Origin: Lytechinus pictus
Lineage: Eukaryota
Assembly: GCF_037042905.1 (NCBI RefSeq)
Contig: NC_087250.1
Location: 10,666,001 to 10,730,000, forward strand
Direction: 5' to 3'
DNA: 64,000 nt
A model generated the notes under the pieces. That model worked only from the letters and a program-made list of their open reading frames with translations. It searched no databases and was not told the DNA's origin. How positions within the stretch are numbered: the first letter of the stretch is position 1; every line of letters begins with the position of its first letter. Both the position numbers and the translations under genes were made by a program. Shown here in pieces: positions 1 to 12,718 of this stretch.

Positions 1-1467
1 GGCTACCCTCTGAGTAAATGTTATGGACGTATTTTACGTCATGCTTCAGTGAGCACCGTCAGAAGGCAAAAATGTAACTTTTCAAAAGTCACAAGCCAAA
101 TATCATGACTTTGATTCCATTTTTATTGGAAATAATTCCACATTTTCATCATGAAAAATAGTCAGGCTTGTAAAAGGTACTTTCTAAAAGACGATACAAC
201 TTTTCTGGCTAAATTCCACGGTTGAATGAACACAAGTCCAAATTTGCTATAATTGGATTTTTTACACATTTCTATCAATAAAATGATAGAATATGATGAC
301 AGTTATTTTTGGGAAGAGTATCTTCAACAATATTCATTGTTTCACGGTTCAATGAACATTTATTGAAAACAAAAGATACGATTTTCAAATATCATAGGCA
401 AGTATTGTTTCATTTTGGTAACTGAAGATGATCTTTTCTCAATTTTTTCGTTATGTTCATGACCAATTAACATGCTTCAATGATTCAAAGGCGTTTAATT
501 AAACATTCACGCTTGAATGAACATGTGGAATGTGATAAGCTCTTTTTTACGTTATTGGAAAAAATGCAATTTGTAACTATGGATATCTATCACAAACCTC
601 CTTGCATGGTTCATTTGATTTGATTTTTATGAAAATCCCGATGTTTAATGCATCAGTGAGCACACAATATTCGAAAATTATGCAAATGAGAAGAAAGTTC
701 AAGGCCCTGGCCCCACTCTGTGCCGTATCAAATGGTTATTTTGGTGTGCGCACATTTTGGATAGTGTTACACTGAAGCCATGTGCGAAGTTTCATGAAAT
801 AACTGTTGGCAGAAGTAACAAAAACCGTCCATGAAACAAACCCTCATTTCATATTTGTTAAAATGTTGACTTCCTCTCTCATAGACTTGTGTTCATTATG
901 GGTGCATATGTTTAAGAATAAGTAACCCCCTATTCAATGTGGTGGAACTTTTTTTCAAGGCTGTCTTTAGCAATGTCATTTGGCAATTATGTTTATCAAC
1001 CTATGGGCAGAATTCTGTGCAAAAATAAAATTGATTTGTTTATTTATGGATGAGTGAGCACTCATCAAAGTGGGAAATTGGGTATTTTCAATGTCACAGA
1101 CCCATTTTAAATGGTAATAAAGTGAATATTGGGGGCAAATTCGGTTTCAAATGTGACTTTAAATGCTGTTGTTTTTATCATCCATCATTTTTATCACCAC
1201 ACACTTTCCGAAGTTTTAAAATTTTCATGGTTGAGCGAGCACATTCGAAAACCTAGGAATGAATACTCTTTATACTGCATAAATGTATTTTTTCTTACAA
1301 ATTATCATGATCAGTTTAATTTATGGACAAATCAGTGGTGGATCCAGAATTTTAAAATGGGGGAGGGGCCTATAATCGTGGGAGCCACCAACATTTTCAA
1401 ATTTTAACATGATCTAACAAATTGTAGAGTATACTACCATAAACCCCTTTGATGATACGTCACTATA

Positions 1468-1605
1468 CAGGGGCAGCGGAACGGTTTTCAAAGTGGGGGG
1501 GGGGGGGGGGCTGACCATGCAAAAAATCACAATCGTATGGTCATTTTTACATTTTTGTACATGCTTTTGGAAAAAAGTGGGGGGGCTGAGCCCCCGCGGC
1601 CCCTG
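1468..1605. mobile_element. Small MITE with CAGGGGC...GCCCCTG termini (hAT-like)
   Basis: Short TIRs and internal poly-G tracts; TSD not clean. Confidence 0.5.
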
Positions 1606-1954
1606 CATTATTGTGCTCACTCAACCATGAACATACGATATCAAAATTGTGTGTGGAGTGGCTAAATGGTGGATAGTAAAACAGCATTAACACCATAAAT
1701 TTCACCTAAAAACAACTTTTGCCCAGCTTTGTATTTGCACAATCTCAAAAACGACTCTTGTGACTTTCAAAAATTGTCATTTTTAATTCAATCTTTAATT
1801 ACTCATGCATGACTCAACTGATCAATCTCATTTTCCCCCAGAGGTTGCTTAATGAGTGTAGAAAATCACCTACGAAATATCATATCTCAAAATAATTCCG
1901 TTCAAAAGTTACAGCAATTTGATTTAGGGGGGACTTACTTTTTTGTTGTGTATA

Positions 1955-2372
1955 GTTTAGTGGAAACTAGTTTAACGCGTAGTGAGAACGGTCAAAGCGG
2001 TCTTGGAAGCGATCTTCCAAACCAGTTTGGAAAACCACCTCGCGATGTAGATTTCAAGATCGCTTTGCCTCGTTAAAGTGGTTTTAGCGTAAGTGAGGAC
2101 ACAACCGTTCTTCGGGAAGCGATCTTCGCACATTTTGAGCGCGCTACTCCACACGACAGGTGTAGAATGCCTATGCTGCGGTTTCGAATTTCGCGCGAAA
2201 CGTGTCACCCCACTGAGAGCGTTTCTATAGCAACAAGAGCGCTTTACGTGAAGTGATTTTGAAAACCACTTTCGTGTGATCAAGTGAGAACGCTAGCAAA
2301 GCGATCTTCCAAAGTGGTTTCCTGAATCGGTTTTCAGTAAACTAGTTTTAGAAAGCGTAATGAGAACGGCCT
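1955..2372. mobile_element. Non-autonomous DNA element (Harbinger-like), copy 1
   Basis: Homologous to 3110-4115. It has repeated GAGAACG/GCGATCTTC motifs and ends ...TAATGAGAACGGCCT. Confidence 0.55.
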
Positions 2373-3109
2373 CTAAGTAACGTATTTATTATTTTCTCTC
2401 TATAAATGACACACGATCTGTCAATCACATTTGCGATTAAGTTAACATAAGTCATCAATAATTTCGGTTTCATTTTTGTTCTTTCCTCCTCTCTCTCTCT
2501 CTCTCTCTCTCTTTATGCTCTGTATCATGCGCTAATATACCCAAATATAAATTAATAAAAAAAAACAATCATCTCTCAGACTCTCTAAAAAACCCCATAA
2601 GAATAGAAAGTTGAGACCTTTATTTATCAACCGACCAACCACGGTCAGAACAATATACTCTACTTAATTTCTAGACAGAAGAAGGTGTCCAGTAATGTAA
2701 TTAGTCAAAGGCAATTTCAATACTGCGAAGGGACCTTAACAGTCACTTTATTTGAATCTATTGCAGCGGACCATTCACACTTACCACTCTAAAATAGCTT
2801 AGTTTTTCTTTACAAACAAAATATATGATGTGTTATCCTCATTGTCAAAACATTATGGTTGAAATTGATTTTGTATTGCTGTTCTCGCAGATTATACGAA
2901 AGTCTCACTACTTAGTGAATTAATGCAATAGAATGATAATAAACCAAATAGGGAAATAACCTTGTACACTCTCCTCGGAGAAGTCTATATACGTACTTCT
3001 TTATTATTTTACCCCTCTAACTTCCTTTTATTTCTTCCATGTTTTTCATATGGTTATAATGATCACTATAAAGAAATAGTGTCATCCGTTGTCACGGAGC
3101 ATGGTTTGA

Positions 3110-4115
3110 AGACCCCGTTCTAATGACCGTCCTAAAAATAGTTTACAGGAAACTATAGCTTAACGTGTAATGAGAACGGTCGAAGTGGTCTTGGAAGCGA
3201 TCTCCCAAACCAGGTTCGGATAACCACCTCGCGATGTAGTTTTTAAGATGGTCTTGCCTCGCTAAACTGGTTTTAGCGGAAGTGAGGACACAAACAACCG
3301 TTCTTCGGGACGTGATCTTCGCACATTTTGAGTGTGCTTCTACACACACTGTGTGTTCGAGCGAAACATGTCAGCCCATTGAGAGCATTCCTGTATTAAA
3401 ATCAAGAACGCTTCACCTGAAGTGGGTTTTGAAAACCAATTTTTGATGATCATATGGGAACGCAAGCAAAGCGATCATCCATATTGGTTTCCTTAAAGGG
3501 GAATCCAGCCTTGGCCATAAAATGTTGTGTTGGGAAGAAGAAAAATAAATCAAACAGAATGGTGAAAGTTTGAAAGAAATCGGACAAGCAATAAGAAAGT
3601 TATAGCTGCTTTAAAATTGAGATCACTAATACTATGTATATTTCAAATTGGCAACTGAGTAAGTAAATTATGACAAGGGGCAAGGACAACTTTCCCATAG
3701 GCCATGTACTTTATTATCAGGGATTTGTGGTTTTCTCCGAAGTACCCATTCCCTGGGGCAGTAATCTAAATATAACCCAGGTAGTATATTGTTTTATGTC
3801 CTCATGAAAGAAAAATATAATTTGAAATAAAACTTTTGGGAAAAATGACATTTTAGCCATATGTATTGGAGTACATGGAAGAGTAGTCCTTGCCTTACAT
3901 CACTATGACATCCATATGCGGCCAATTTGAAATCTCCGTGGGTATAGTGATTACCAATATTTACAACTTTTAAAAATTCATAACTTTCTTGTTGTTTGTC
4001 CATTATTGTTCAAACTTTCGCCTATCAACTTGTCTGATTTATCTTTTCCTTATAAAAACAAGTTTTTATTTGGGTTGGATTCTCCTTTAACCGGTTTCTA
4101 CTAAACTAGTTTTAA
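3110..4115. mobile_element. Copy 2 of the same family, interrupted by a Kolobok element
   Basis: Aligns to 1955-2350 on both sides of the TTAA at 3493/4087 (GGTTTCC-TTAA-CCGGTTT versus GGTTTCCTGAATCGGTTT). Confidence 0.6.
3497..4086. mobile_element. Kolobok-type non-autonomous DNA transposon
   Basis: TTAA TSDs at 3493-3496 and 4087-4090, termini AGGGGAATCC...GGATTCTCCT. Same family as 54830 and 56587, in opposite orientation. Confidence 0.85.
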
Positions 4116-4428
4116 GAAGACAACAACTGGTTTGTTCACTTTATTATTTGATATTCGTCATATTAAACAGAAGGATCTGCAGACTACAGAGCTTGAAAGG
4201 AAAAAAAATGATTATTTCACAACCTAATTACGAATATACATGTAGGCCTAACTGACAAGCTACTTATCACTGTTAAGCATGTAATATCATATTCATCTGG
4301 TATATCTATGATATTTCTTACTCATGCATGAGTGTATAAAATGATTTGAAGAAAATGTACCAAAACGTAATTTGGTGAACGTGTCGTACGTCCAAACTAA
4401 CCCACGAGACCTGAAAGTTTCATATCTG

Positions 4429-4699
4429 GGGCCCGACTTACAAAGAGTTACGATTGATCCAATCAATCGTAACTCTATGGAAATCCATCAGTGTCATATA
4501 TTCTTCTACAGGAAATTTGCACAATGTACTTTATAAACAAATTAAGAGAAGCACACTGCCAATTATTATTAAAACAAAGCATGAATATACATCATATCTG
4601 GACAATATCTTGAACAAACATGCATAATACATGATGATGTTGCTGGCCGTTCATAGTTGCGATTGATCGGATCATTGCAACTCTTTGTTAGACTAGGAC
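4429..4699. mobile_element. Harbinger-like MITE
   Basis: Imperfect TIRs TTACAAAGAGTTACGATTGATCC / GGATCATTGCAACTCTTTGT, with a probable CTG TSD. Confidence 0.6.
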
Positions 4700-5090
4700 C
4701 TGGACCAAGTTACACGTGAGTTTCTATTATGGTAACACTGCCATCCCTTTGCTATCCCGTGATAATAGTTGCTACGCTTATTGATATTTAGATTTATTTC
4801 CATTCAACAAAGTAATACAATCGAAGTAGCATTTCAAGTACATGTTTAAAATAGCACATACAGTTCAATGAAATTTCATAACAAATATTGAAGATCAATT
4901 AACTGAACTTGTCAAGAAAAGCAGAGCTTGTGTAACAGGCAAGTCCCTAAACTTAGTTTAAGTACTTACGAATTATAAAATATGAAAAATATTGACTCCT
5001 AGGCAAAGCAGTGCAACAATTTTTTTATTGACGAACCAAACGCTAGTTTTTATTGACGAACCAAACCCTAGTTTCTTCGTCATCTATCGA

Positions 5091-5249
5091 TACCTCGGTC
5101 ACATTTGCTCTACGGCGGCCGTACGGCGAGTCGGAAACAGCCGTTTTATTCATTTTTATTCAAACCACATTATATGTAGCTATTACAAAAATAAAACGGC
5201 TGTTTTCGACTCGACGCACGGCCGCCGTTGGGCAAATGTAACCGAGGTA
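5091..5249. mobile_element. Palindromic MITE just downstream of the FReD stop codon
   Basis: Near-perfect inverted arms of about 60 bp: TACCTCGGTCACATTTGC...GCAAATGTAACCGAGGTA. Confidence 0.75.
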
Positions 5250-5452
5250 TAAGAAATTGTTATATCACACAATTTTTGATCATTTGGCTCCGATGAAGTG
5301 ACTCCACTTGCCCTCAAAATGAAAGAAAGCTGCCATTCAAAATTATCATGTTTTAACCAATTCGAATATGGGGCTCAAATGAAAGCTCCAATGATACCAA
5401 TTTTGATTCTGAACAAACTATTATCTTTATACAAAGATCGTTTTCGACTTCC

Positions 5453-5709
5453 TCAATCTCGTCCAACTGGTCTTATCTTCAGCTCAAAGCTTTTCAACCG
5501 TATCATCGTTCCATTTGTCCACCATTCCCCGATAGTTCCGTTTTCCGTCCGTCTCATGTTGAAGCTGACATGGCCGCAATCTGGATACAATCCATGGTGC
5601 CACCCGGCCCCTTTTAGTCGGGCACAGGAACTATTACTCCCCGGTAACTGGTCATCATCTCTATCTATCGTGCTGAAGGAATACCCATCGTGCAGCCCAA
5701 AGGCACCAC
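5453..5709 (-). CDS. Terminal coding exon of a fibrinogen-related domain (FReD) protein
   Basis: Translates to GAFGLHDGYSFSTIDRDDD...SCARLKGAGWHH...C...KSFELKIRP, matching the FReD C-terminal motifs FST.DRDND, C..GGWW and MKIRP. AG acceptor at 5711-5710, phase 1; stop codon at 5455-5453. Confidence 0.9.
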
Positions 5710-6424
5710 CTGTTAATGACAGGGACAAACATGACAGAATACGTCGGAAGGATGAAGGGCAAGAAATTTGTAAATTAGAGGTGATGATGCAGTTATGGGA
5801 ATGAGCTTATTACTTGGCTGTATCCAATTTTGCATGATAATCATGAAGGATCAATGAATATCCTTTAAACATGTTAAAATGGGACCATTTTAGAAACCAA
5901 AGCTTTGCGTTTCACTGTAAAAAGAATCGAAGTACACGGGTACCTGACAACTTTTGCAATTAAGAATAAAGCAATGTTTCCCAGAGCTACCCCCCCCCTT
6001 TCGAAACTTGGTGAGGCCGAAAAAATTATCCGCCGGTAATCGAATCCGGTCCCTAGCTTAGCTCGCCACTTGATCACAGAGATGTGTTAGTGGCGAGGGT
6101 AATCCCGATCCAATTAGTTGACAGAAGGGGGGGGGGGGGGTCCGCCAGGCCCATTTCCTTATTTGTCTTCGTAATTTGAAGATTTCTGGCTTAATTAGGC
6201 TATTCCTCAGTGTAAAATGATATAGTATGACGTTGAAAAACCTTGTGTTAATAAGAACTAATTACTATACAGAAAGAGAAAAAAGGCATTGTAGGAAAAA
6301 TCCATTATAATGATACGTAGGGGAAAATAAATACTGGAAAAAATATGTTGATGTAATTCATTTAATTGGTAAAGCGCTATTGCAACAATAATTGTCATTG
6401 ATAATGAGAAAAACCTAAACTTGC

Positions 6425-6689
6425 CGGCATCACCACCATCATATCGCAAAACATGGAGCCGGTAGCCACTACCCTCGTCTCCGACTCGGAACCTCTGATA
6501 CTTCGAGTGCGAGGTTGTCCCGTTCTCGTGCACCATCTCTATGCGAAGACGATAGTTTATCAGACTCGTAAGTTCGTGGATGAGTTCGTTGCCGAGCCAG
6601 AACTCCGTTGAAAAGTTGCCGAAGCCGTCCTTATAATCATTCCATGGTCTTTCAAAGTTTACGCTCCCATCATAGCGTCTTTGTATCAC
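6425..6689 (-). CDS. FReD internal exon
   Basis: VIQRRYDGSVNFERPWNDYKDGFGNFSTEFWLGNELIHELT...YRLHV..YDGGDAG is the classic FReD core. AG acceptor is phase 0. The only donor matching the next exon's phase 1 is GC (G|GCAAGT at 6424-6419). Confidence 0.92.
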
Positions 6690-7800
6690 CTGGATAGAAT
6701 AGATAATTATTTAATTTTCAATTGTTACTAAATATGCTTTTGCTATTATGGATATCAACTGTAAAATAAAAGCAAATACACATCATGTTGATGTGTTCTC
6801 AAAATCTTCAGGTTTACATGAAAATAATCTGACTTCAATTGATCTAAAAGTTAAAATGCTTTAGTGTTTCTTTTAAAGTTTTATTTCACCACACCGTGCT
6901 ACACGATTTAGTCTGATTATTGGGTGTTAAACATGGTGTTTGGCAGAAAATACAAGTAAATCAATCTGAAAGACAAAAGGTATATACTCTTGATAACTCG
7001 GAATTCGATGGAAGTGCTATGAAATCATGTTTCCGAAGAATGGTGAAATGCACAGGTAAATATTGTCTTCTTTTTTTTGCTAGGAAATAGCACTTACATA
7101 ATTCACATCTCATGCTGTCATAAAATCCAAGCTTAGAAAATGAATAACCCACTTATTTTTTGCCGACTTAAATCAATTCTTAATGAATGAGTTCAGGGTA
7201 TTTTTTTTTAGTTACGTGTTTATGATTTAATAAAAACTAACTTCGCGTCACTGTGAACTCTTCCTTCAAATTGGCAGTTCTCCCTAATAACTTTTAAATA
7301 AAAGTAAAAAGAAGGAAAAAATATTGCTGAAGTATCGGTAACAAATTCACCGAAGGTAATTTTCACTCCACCAATTCCATTTTTCAATGGAACAGAGGGG
7401 GTTATGAAATGATATTTCTGATGATATATCCCCTGCACAAATGAAATCAATTTCAATATTTCAAGAAAATTCTACATTTTTGAATGTATACCACTGACAC
7501 GGCATATATGGATGGATGACACAAAATTTTCTCCGGCGGCAAATGCTCCAGGCTTTATTTCGTTTAATATAACGGGTTAGGACTAGAGTTGCATATGTAT
7601 ATGGCTTCATGAAACTTAAGAGGGAGCTGCTCATCTGTGACGTCATAAAATGTTGATTTTTTTTTAATCATAGCTCCATGTTATTCTTTGATTGATTTTT
7701 ATCAAACCTTTAATAATATTTATCTTTTTCTGCTTTCATCAAAACCAGCTTTTTGTCAGGATGAGCTTCCTTTTCGAAGAAAATAAATACAATACTATAC

Positions 7801-7949
7801 CAGCCATCCAAATGGAAAATAGTGACCATTGGTGCAGTATACACTGTATGGTCCTTTATAAACACCGTTGGATGTTATAAAGCAGATCTGATAGATACCA
7901 TTCTCACGGTGGCCTGCATCATACGCAGATTGGCAATCAGAATAGCATG
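7801..7949 (-). CDS. First FReD exon (absent from the ORF track)
   Basis: Manual translation gives CYSDCQSAYDAGHRENGIYQICFITSNGVYKGPYSVYCTNGHYFPFGWL, matching FReD DC..G...GVY.I...VYC...GW. AG and GT boundaries, phases 1 and 0, join in frame to VIQRR. Confidence 0.85.
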
Positions 7950-8450
7950 CTAGGAACGAAACGAAGATGGTAATTATTATGATGTTATATAATACAAGTT
8001 TTTATCAAAAAAATTGTGATATCTTATAAATAGCTGGTCTTGAAAAAAAAAAGACTTTTGAGATCATTATTAAATAAGAGAATAGATTAGCCTGTATTTG
8101 TATTTGTGTAGAAAAAATTGAAGCCGTAGAAGAAAGTACTTGTTTTGTTACTTAGCGAGTTGTCATTCAAGTAAGCCTATACTGCCATCCTTCTATAGAA
8201 CGATAATATCTTCCCCAAATTTTGCATGAACGTGCAACATACATAGGGTACAACAACTCAAATTTGACTGAGGTGTCACTTGCTTCCTTTTGCCAAAGTT
8301 GGGCAGTATACTGGCCTACACTCTATAATATGGGTAATAAACCGGGTCCGGTTTGAGTAGTTTGGAATTAGAGGAGGTGCTATCAAGTCTGTTGGTTTGA
8401 TTCTGCTTTAAACAATTATTTTATAAAAACTAAAATGTAGGATTAAGAAT

Positions 8451-8717
8451 GCCGTGTTTACACAGTCACTCGGCTAGGGGGTTCGAAACGCGAGCCGTGC
8501 TCAACACAGCAATGTGATCACGTTTATAAATACTCTAACAAAGAAGGCGAGTTTGACATGGCTCGTGGGTTGAAACCTACGGCTTTGGCGGATCAAAAAT
8601 GCCGCGTTCGACACCGGTCGCAGATCCCACTGATCGCGTTTACACAGCAAAAAAATGGCTGTGTTGAGCACGGCCTGCGTGTCGAACCCCCAAGCCGAGT
8701 AACTGTGTGAACACGGT
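8451..8717. mobile_element. Harbinger-like palindromic MITE in a FReD gene intron
   Basis: TIRs of about 60 bp: GCCGTGTTTACACAGTCACTCGGCT / AGCCGAGTAACTGTGTGAACACGGT. Confidence 0.7.
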
Positions 8718-8759
8718 TAAGTAACCTGACTGCATGAAATTAGAAATAGATGTATTCAC

Positions 8760-8846
8760 CAGAGGAGTCCACTGGAGAGTTGCATTGATAACCGATCATG
8801 GTTTCCACACAGGTCGCACCATTTGGACAAGGACTACTGAGACAAT
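8760..8846 (-). CDS. EGF-like domain exon of the same gene
   Basis: Translates to (D)CLSSPCPNGATCVETMIGYQCNSPVDSS. It is an 87-bp symmetric phase 1-1 exon with TGCAG acceptor and GTGAAT donor, in phase with the 7949 exon. Confidence 0.8.
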
Positions 8847-9807
8847 CTGCAGGATTAATTTGGTAGTTATGAAACTAATAATAATGATAATAATAATAAT
8901 GATAATAATAATAGTAATAGTAATTCATGAAATAATTATGTGTTCCATTTGTATAGCGCAGCTACTATGTATAATTGCGTTACTCTACTGCGCTTGATAA
9001 TCATGATAATTTGTATCATCTTATTACCCCGGCTGTAGCTGAGCATTCAAGGAGTAAATCTTACCGTGTACCAATCCATAGTAAATCTTATCATTTGTGT
9101 ATGATGAATTTATCGTTACTATTTTAACGGAGTGCCCTAATCGGCTAAATCACGAAAGAAAATTTCGTTCAGACAGAATGTTGAATGTTGATAACACCCC
9201 CCCCCCAAAAGGCTTCAAACGGGTTGTAATAAACCAATTCAATCATGCACTGCCAAGATAATTAGTGTACATGCGTCTTAAGTATTTAGGTCTTCCTTCG
9301 ATATCATTGTTTAGTGGCAAAATGAGTAATACGATACAATCCACTATTATTATTGTTTGGAAGAATGAAATACGTTCGCCCAAGACTAAATCTAAACACA
9401 CAGCACATATTTCATTCTTCCAAACAATAATAATAGTGAAAGTAATAATTATGATGATAATGATGATAAAGTAATAACAATAACAATGCAAAACATTTAT
9501 ATGGCGCTTATCACATGAGTTTCTAGGCACGCAGCTGTTTTCTAATCATGATTAATACTGGAAACAAAGTGAAATAGGAATAATAACACGTAAGTCATTA
9601 AAAATGGAATTAAAAAACAACTGATAATAATAGTAGTAGCTGGTGGTGAATCTAATTAATCGATACACAATTAGAATTCATCTTTTTTTAAAGGTCTGTT
9701 CTGAATAGGGTCTTGATTTTCCATTTTTTTATATGTAGACTCCCCCATCCCTCTCTCTCCAGCTCTCCTTACATTCTTCTGTCAACTCGGAAGGGTATTG
9801 TACATAC

Positions 9808-9981
9808 CTGGCAAAGAACAGATCAACATTGTCGTTTCTTCATGTTTTCTATAGAATGGACTTTTCATCATTCCAATTGGGATCAGCATCTTCGGGACTA
9901 AACCAATGAAGTCATTACTGGGTGATATAACATAACTACATGATACATAGGAAAGACATGGCCCTCCGATGTTTTCTTGTC
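9808..9981 (-). CDS. Candidate upstream exon of the EGF-FReD gene
   Basis: Bounded by CATACAG and CAG|GTATGT, with an open phase 1-1 frame (GQENIGGPCLSY...MLICSLP). No firmly recognised domain. Confidence 0.4.
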
Positions 9982-11124
9982 CTGTATGTGAATGTACACA
10001 AAGTTTAATTCAAAGGGATTTTTAAGACATTATGAAATTATTAACAGCTAAAATGACCCTTCCTCCAGTAAAGACATTATAGGATAGTGTAAAGTTGTCC
10101 ATAATAGAAAACAAAAAAATTGCTTTCAACGATTTAAAGTGTATGTTTGGCCGGAATTGCCGGATAATCGTAATTTGTATATGATAATACAGAATGTGTA
10201 TCGCTGATACAGTTTATCAATGCTATCAGTTATTCATAGACACCTGAATGATAACGGAAGCCAGAGGTGCACCCCCAATGGTTGTTGAATATGGCGTTTG
10301 GGTAGTTCTAATAAAAGGTCCCGTATGAGCGAGCAGAGCGAACGAAAAGTTTGTAATTTTCCAATTCAAATATATGATTTTGTGATTTAAGCAAACACCC
10401 AAAAGATGTGTCAAATAGAACAAACCCGATTTAGAGAGGTTGGACCTTTGGATGATCTAGATCTGGATATAGATTTTAAAATAATAATCATAAGATAACT
10501 CACCTTTTATACATACAAGCGCTGATATAAGTAGAAAAGTGTAAAGTGCTAGCATTTGATGATCAAGATATATAAAAGAGAAATGCATGGATATGATCAA
10601 TCTAAGTTGTATTTCAATATTAAAAATTGCCACAACAAAAAAGTCGACTTGTATCGCAAAGCTATAGTGACAAGCTGACAATCTAAGATGATACAATTTT
10701 TTTTTCAGATAACTTACCGAAGAAAGCATTCTTCCCCCTCGTATAAATATCAGGAAACGCTGGTACATTTTCAGCACTTGGAGATTTATGAAATACAGTA
10801 TCTCGTTTTCCTAATGATGTTGTGTATATTGCTGCTGATGAACTGTCGGGTTTTTGTCAGCTTCTCTTCCTTTAATTTGCTTTCTTCTTCTCTTATTCGT
10901 TTTGTTTGTCCGCCTTTTTGCCTTCTTCTGTTTTAGATTGTTGCCCCTTGGATGGATTTTCGATTTTCAGATCCCTTTCCCTCACCTTTCTACCTTCTCG
11001 TGTTTCCTTTTCATTGTTTGCCTAGATATCTTTCTTCTTCCGGTTCTCCTTTTCTTCTTCTTCTAGTTTTCGTACCTCTCCTTTAGCAGTTCTCCTCCTC
11101 CCCCTCTTACCCCTTCTTTTTCCA

Positions 11125-11347
11125 CACTGCAAAAACTCTGGTGTTGATTTAACACCAGCCCGGAGTCTATATATTTCCAAACCAGATATGTGTTAAACAA
11201 CAGCAGTTTCGTTTTGGTCTAACACCAGATAGGTGTTTATACAACACCAATTAGTATTAAAACAGCATCGGTTTAATTCCAAACTGGTGTTGTTTCAATA
11301 CTTCTCTGGTGTGGACATAGAGATTCCGGGCTGGTGTTTTTGCAGTG
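11125..11347. mobile_element. EnSpm/CACTA-like MITE
   Basis: Termini CACTGCAAAAA...TTTTTGCAGTG, 2-bp TSD CA, internal AACACCAG repeats. Confidence 0.75.
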
Positions 11348-11688
11348 CACTTGGCCTCTTCCTTCTTCTACTCTTTCTCATCCTCCTCCTCCTTCTTCTT
11401 CTCCTTCTTCTCCTCCTCCTTCTCCTTCTCATTTCCAGTATATTCTTCTACTAAATGTTTTTCGTGGCCCGATTTCCCCGAGTAATATCCTTTCCCTTCT
11501 ATGTCCTTTGTCATGGAGACAACCAATCACCTTCAAGAAAACCACCGAATCGTTGAATGTCACAAGCTGGTTGAGGATATTGATGAGTGAAAATGTTTGA
11601 ATTATGAAAACATCTGTTAACACGCTTAGAAACCAGTTTAGCTCGTGTTAAGCGCTCTTGGGAACAGATAACAATCAGTAGAGTTAAT

Positions 11689-11885
11689 GACGCACGGTAG
11701 CTAAGTCAGTAGAGCGAGGTGTCGTATACAGCTGACCCGGGTTCGATTCCCACTTGGTGCGCTAGTGCCCTTTGATAAGGCATTTGAATCATCATTACCA
11801 GGTCCCTCGGAGAGTACCTTAAACCATCGGTTCTCAGGTTGATTTCTTAAAAGCATTCGTGACGTCTTAGCAATCAGGTAAAGAA
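11689..11885 (+). mobile_element. tRNA-derived SINE
   Basis: Pol III box A-like TAGCTAAGTCAG (11698-11709) and box B GGTTCGATTCC (11740-11750), followed by a non-tRNA body (GTGCCCTTTGATAAGGCATTT). Confidence 0.65.
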
Positions 11886-12718
11886 ATCTGTACCATTTAA
11901 CGTGCTAACTAGTGATAGGTCCAACAAGTTAGCCGCATCTATATTGGACCACGGAACTAATGAACCCGGGTAAACTATCATCAAACAAAACGCCACAAAT
12001 GACCAAAGGGTACTCGTTATCGAATCACCTTTGATCGAATTATTGTTTTGTAGACAATCATGGTGGCCTTCTAGCGGACAATAGGGCGGTCAAATTACTA
12101 AATGGATCAACGCAATTTATTAATTCAAAGTAATTACGAAAACAACTATGTCATAATGCATTGAAAAATTAAGACACGTCCTTCGTTTGTTATCCTTTAT
12201 TTTTACACGCTTCCCCTTTTGCTCTACCTTTTTATTTGTGGACATAATGGCAATAATACAAAACAATGGTGCTAGCCGTTGCGACCTTCGTGCTAAGTGA
12301 GAGTTTTCCCTCCATGACGCACAACGTAATCAAGAACATATAAAATGTATTATCAAATACCCTTCAAGACAATGAACAACCAATAAGTCTTTGTCGACAA
12401 TTGGTGAATCAAAGCAGCAGTTTGGCGCTGGACTCTAAACCGACATATTTGCAAATTCTTGTCACCTCCGAAATATAGGTAAATCTGCTGTTGAATCTCA
12501 CCGAATTTCAACAATAACCACCGAGCTGTTCATTGTCATTTTCCATTTTTTTCCAGAGGTAAAACAAACTTTGATTTGAAAAAAAAAAAGTTCTTAATAC
12601 ATCATAATACTTTTAACATCGTATACCTTCAAACCCCAACAAATTCGAATTCTTGATAATCATTATCATTAATATTATTACTAAGCAAAGAGACTGTCGA
12701 AATGATTGTAGATGTACT

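Noticed and set aside
1..1850. Repeat with recurring TGAGTGAGCAC motifs in both orientations
   Set aside because: Probably part of a DNA transposon cut by the window edge; termini and TSD cannot be defined.
5298..5804. 168-aa plus-strand ORF
   Set aside because: It is the antisense shadow of the FReD terminal exon.
10854..11454. Hydrophobic Leu/Phe-rich ORFs (also 8734-8997, 9243-9530 and 18463-18774)
   Set aside because: They are translations of CT-rich, (CTT)n or (ATA)n low-complexity DNA.
11689..11762. tRNA gene
   Set aside because: Box A and box B are present, but there is no convincing acceptor or anticodon stem and no oligo-T terminator; it continues into a SINE body.
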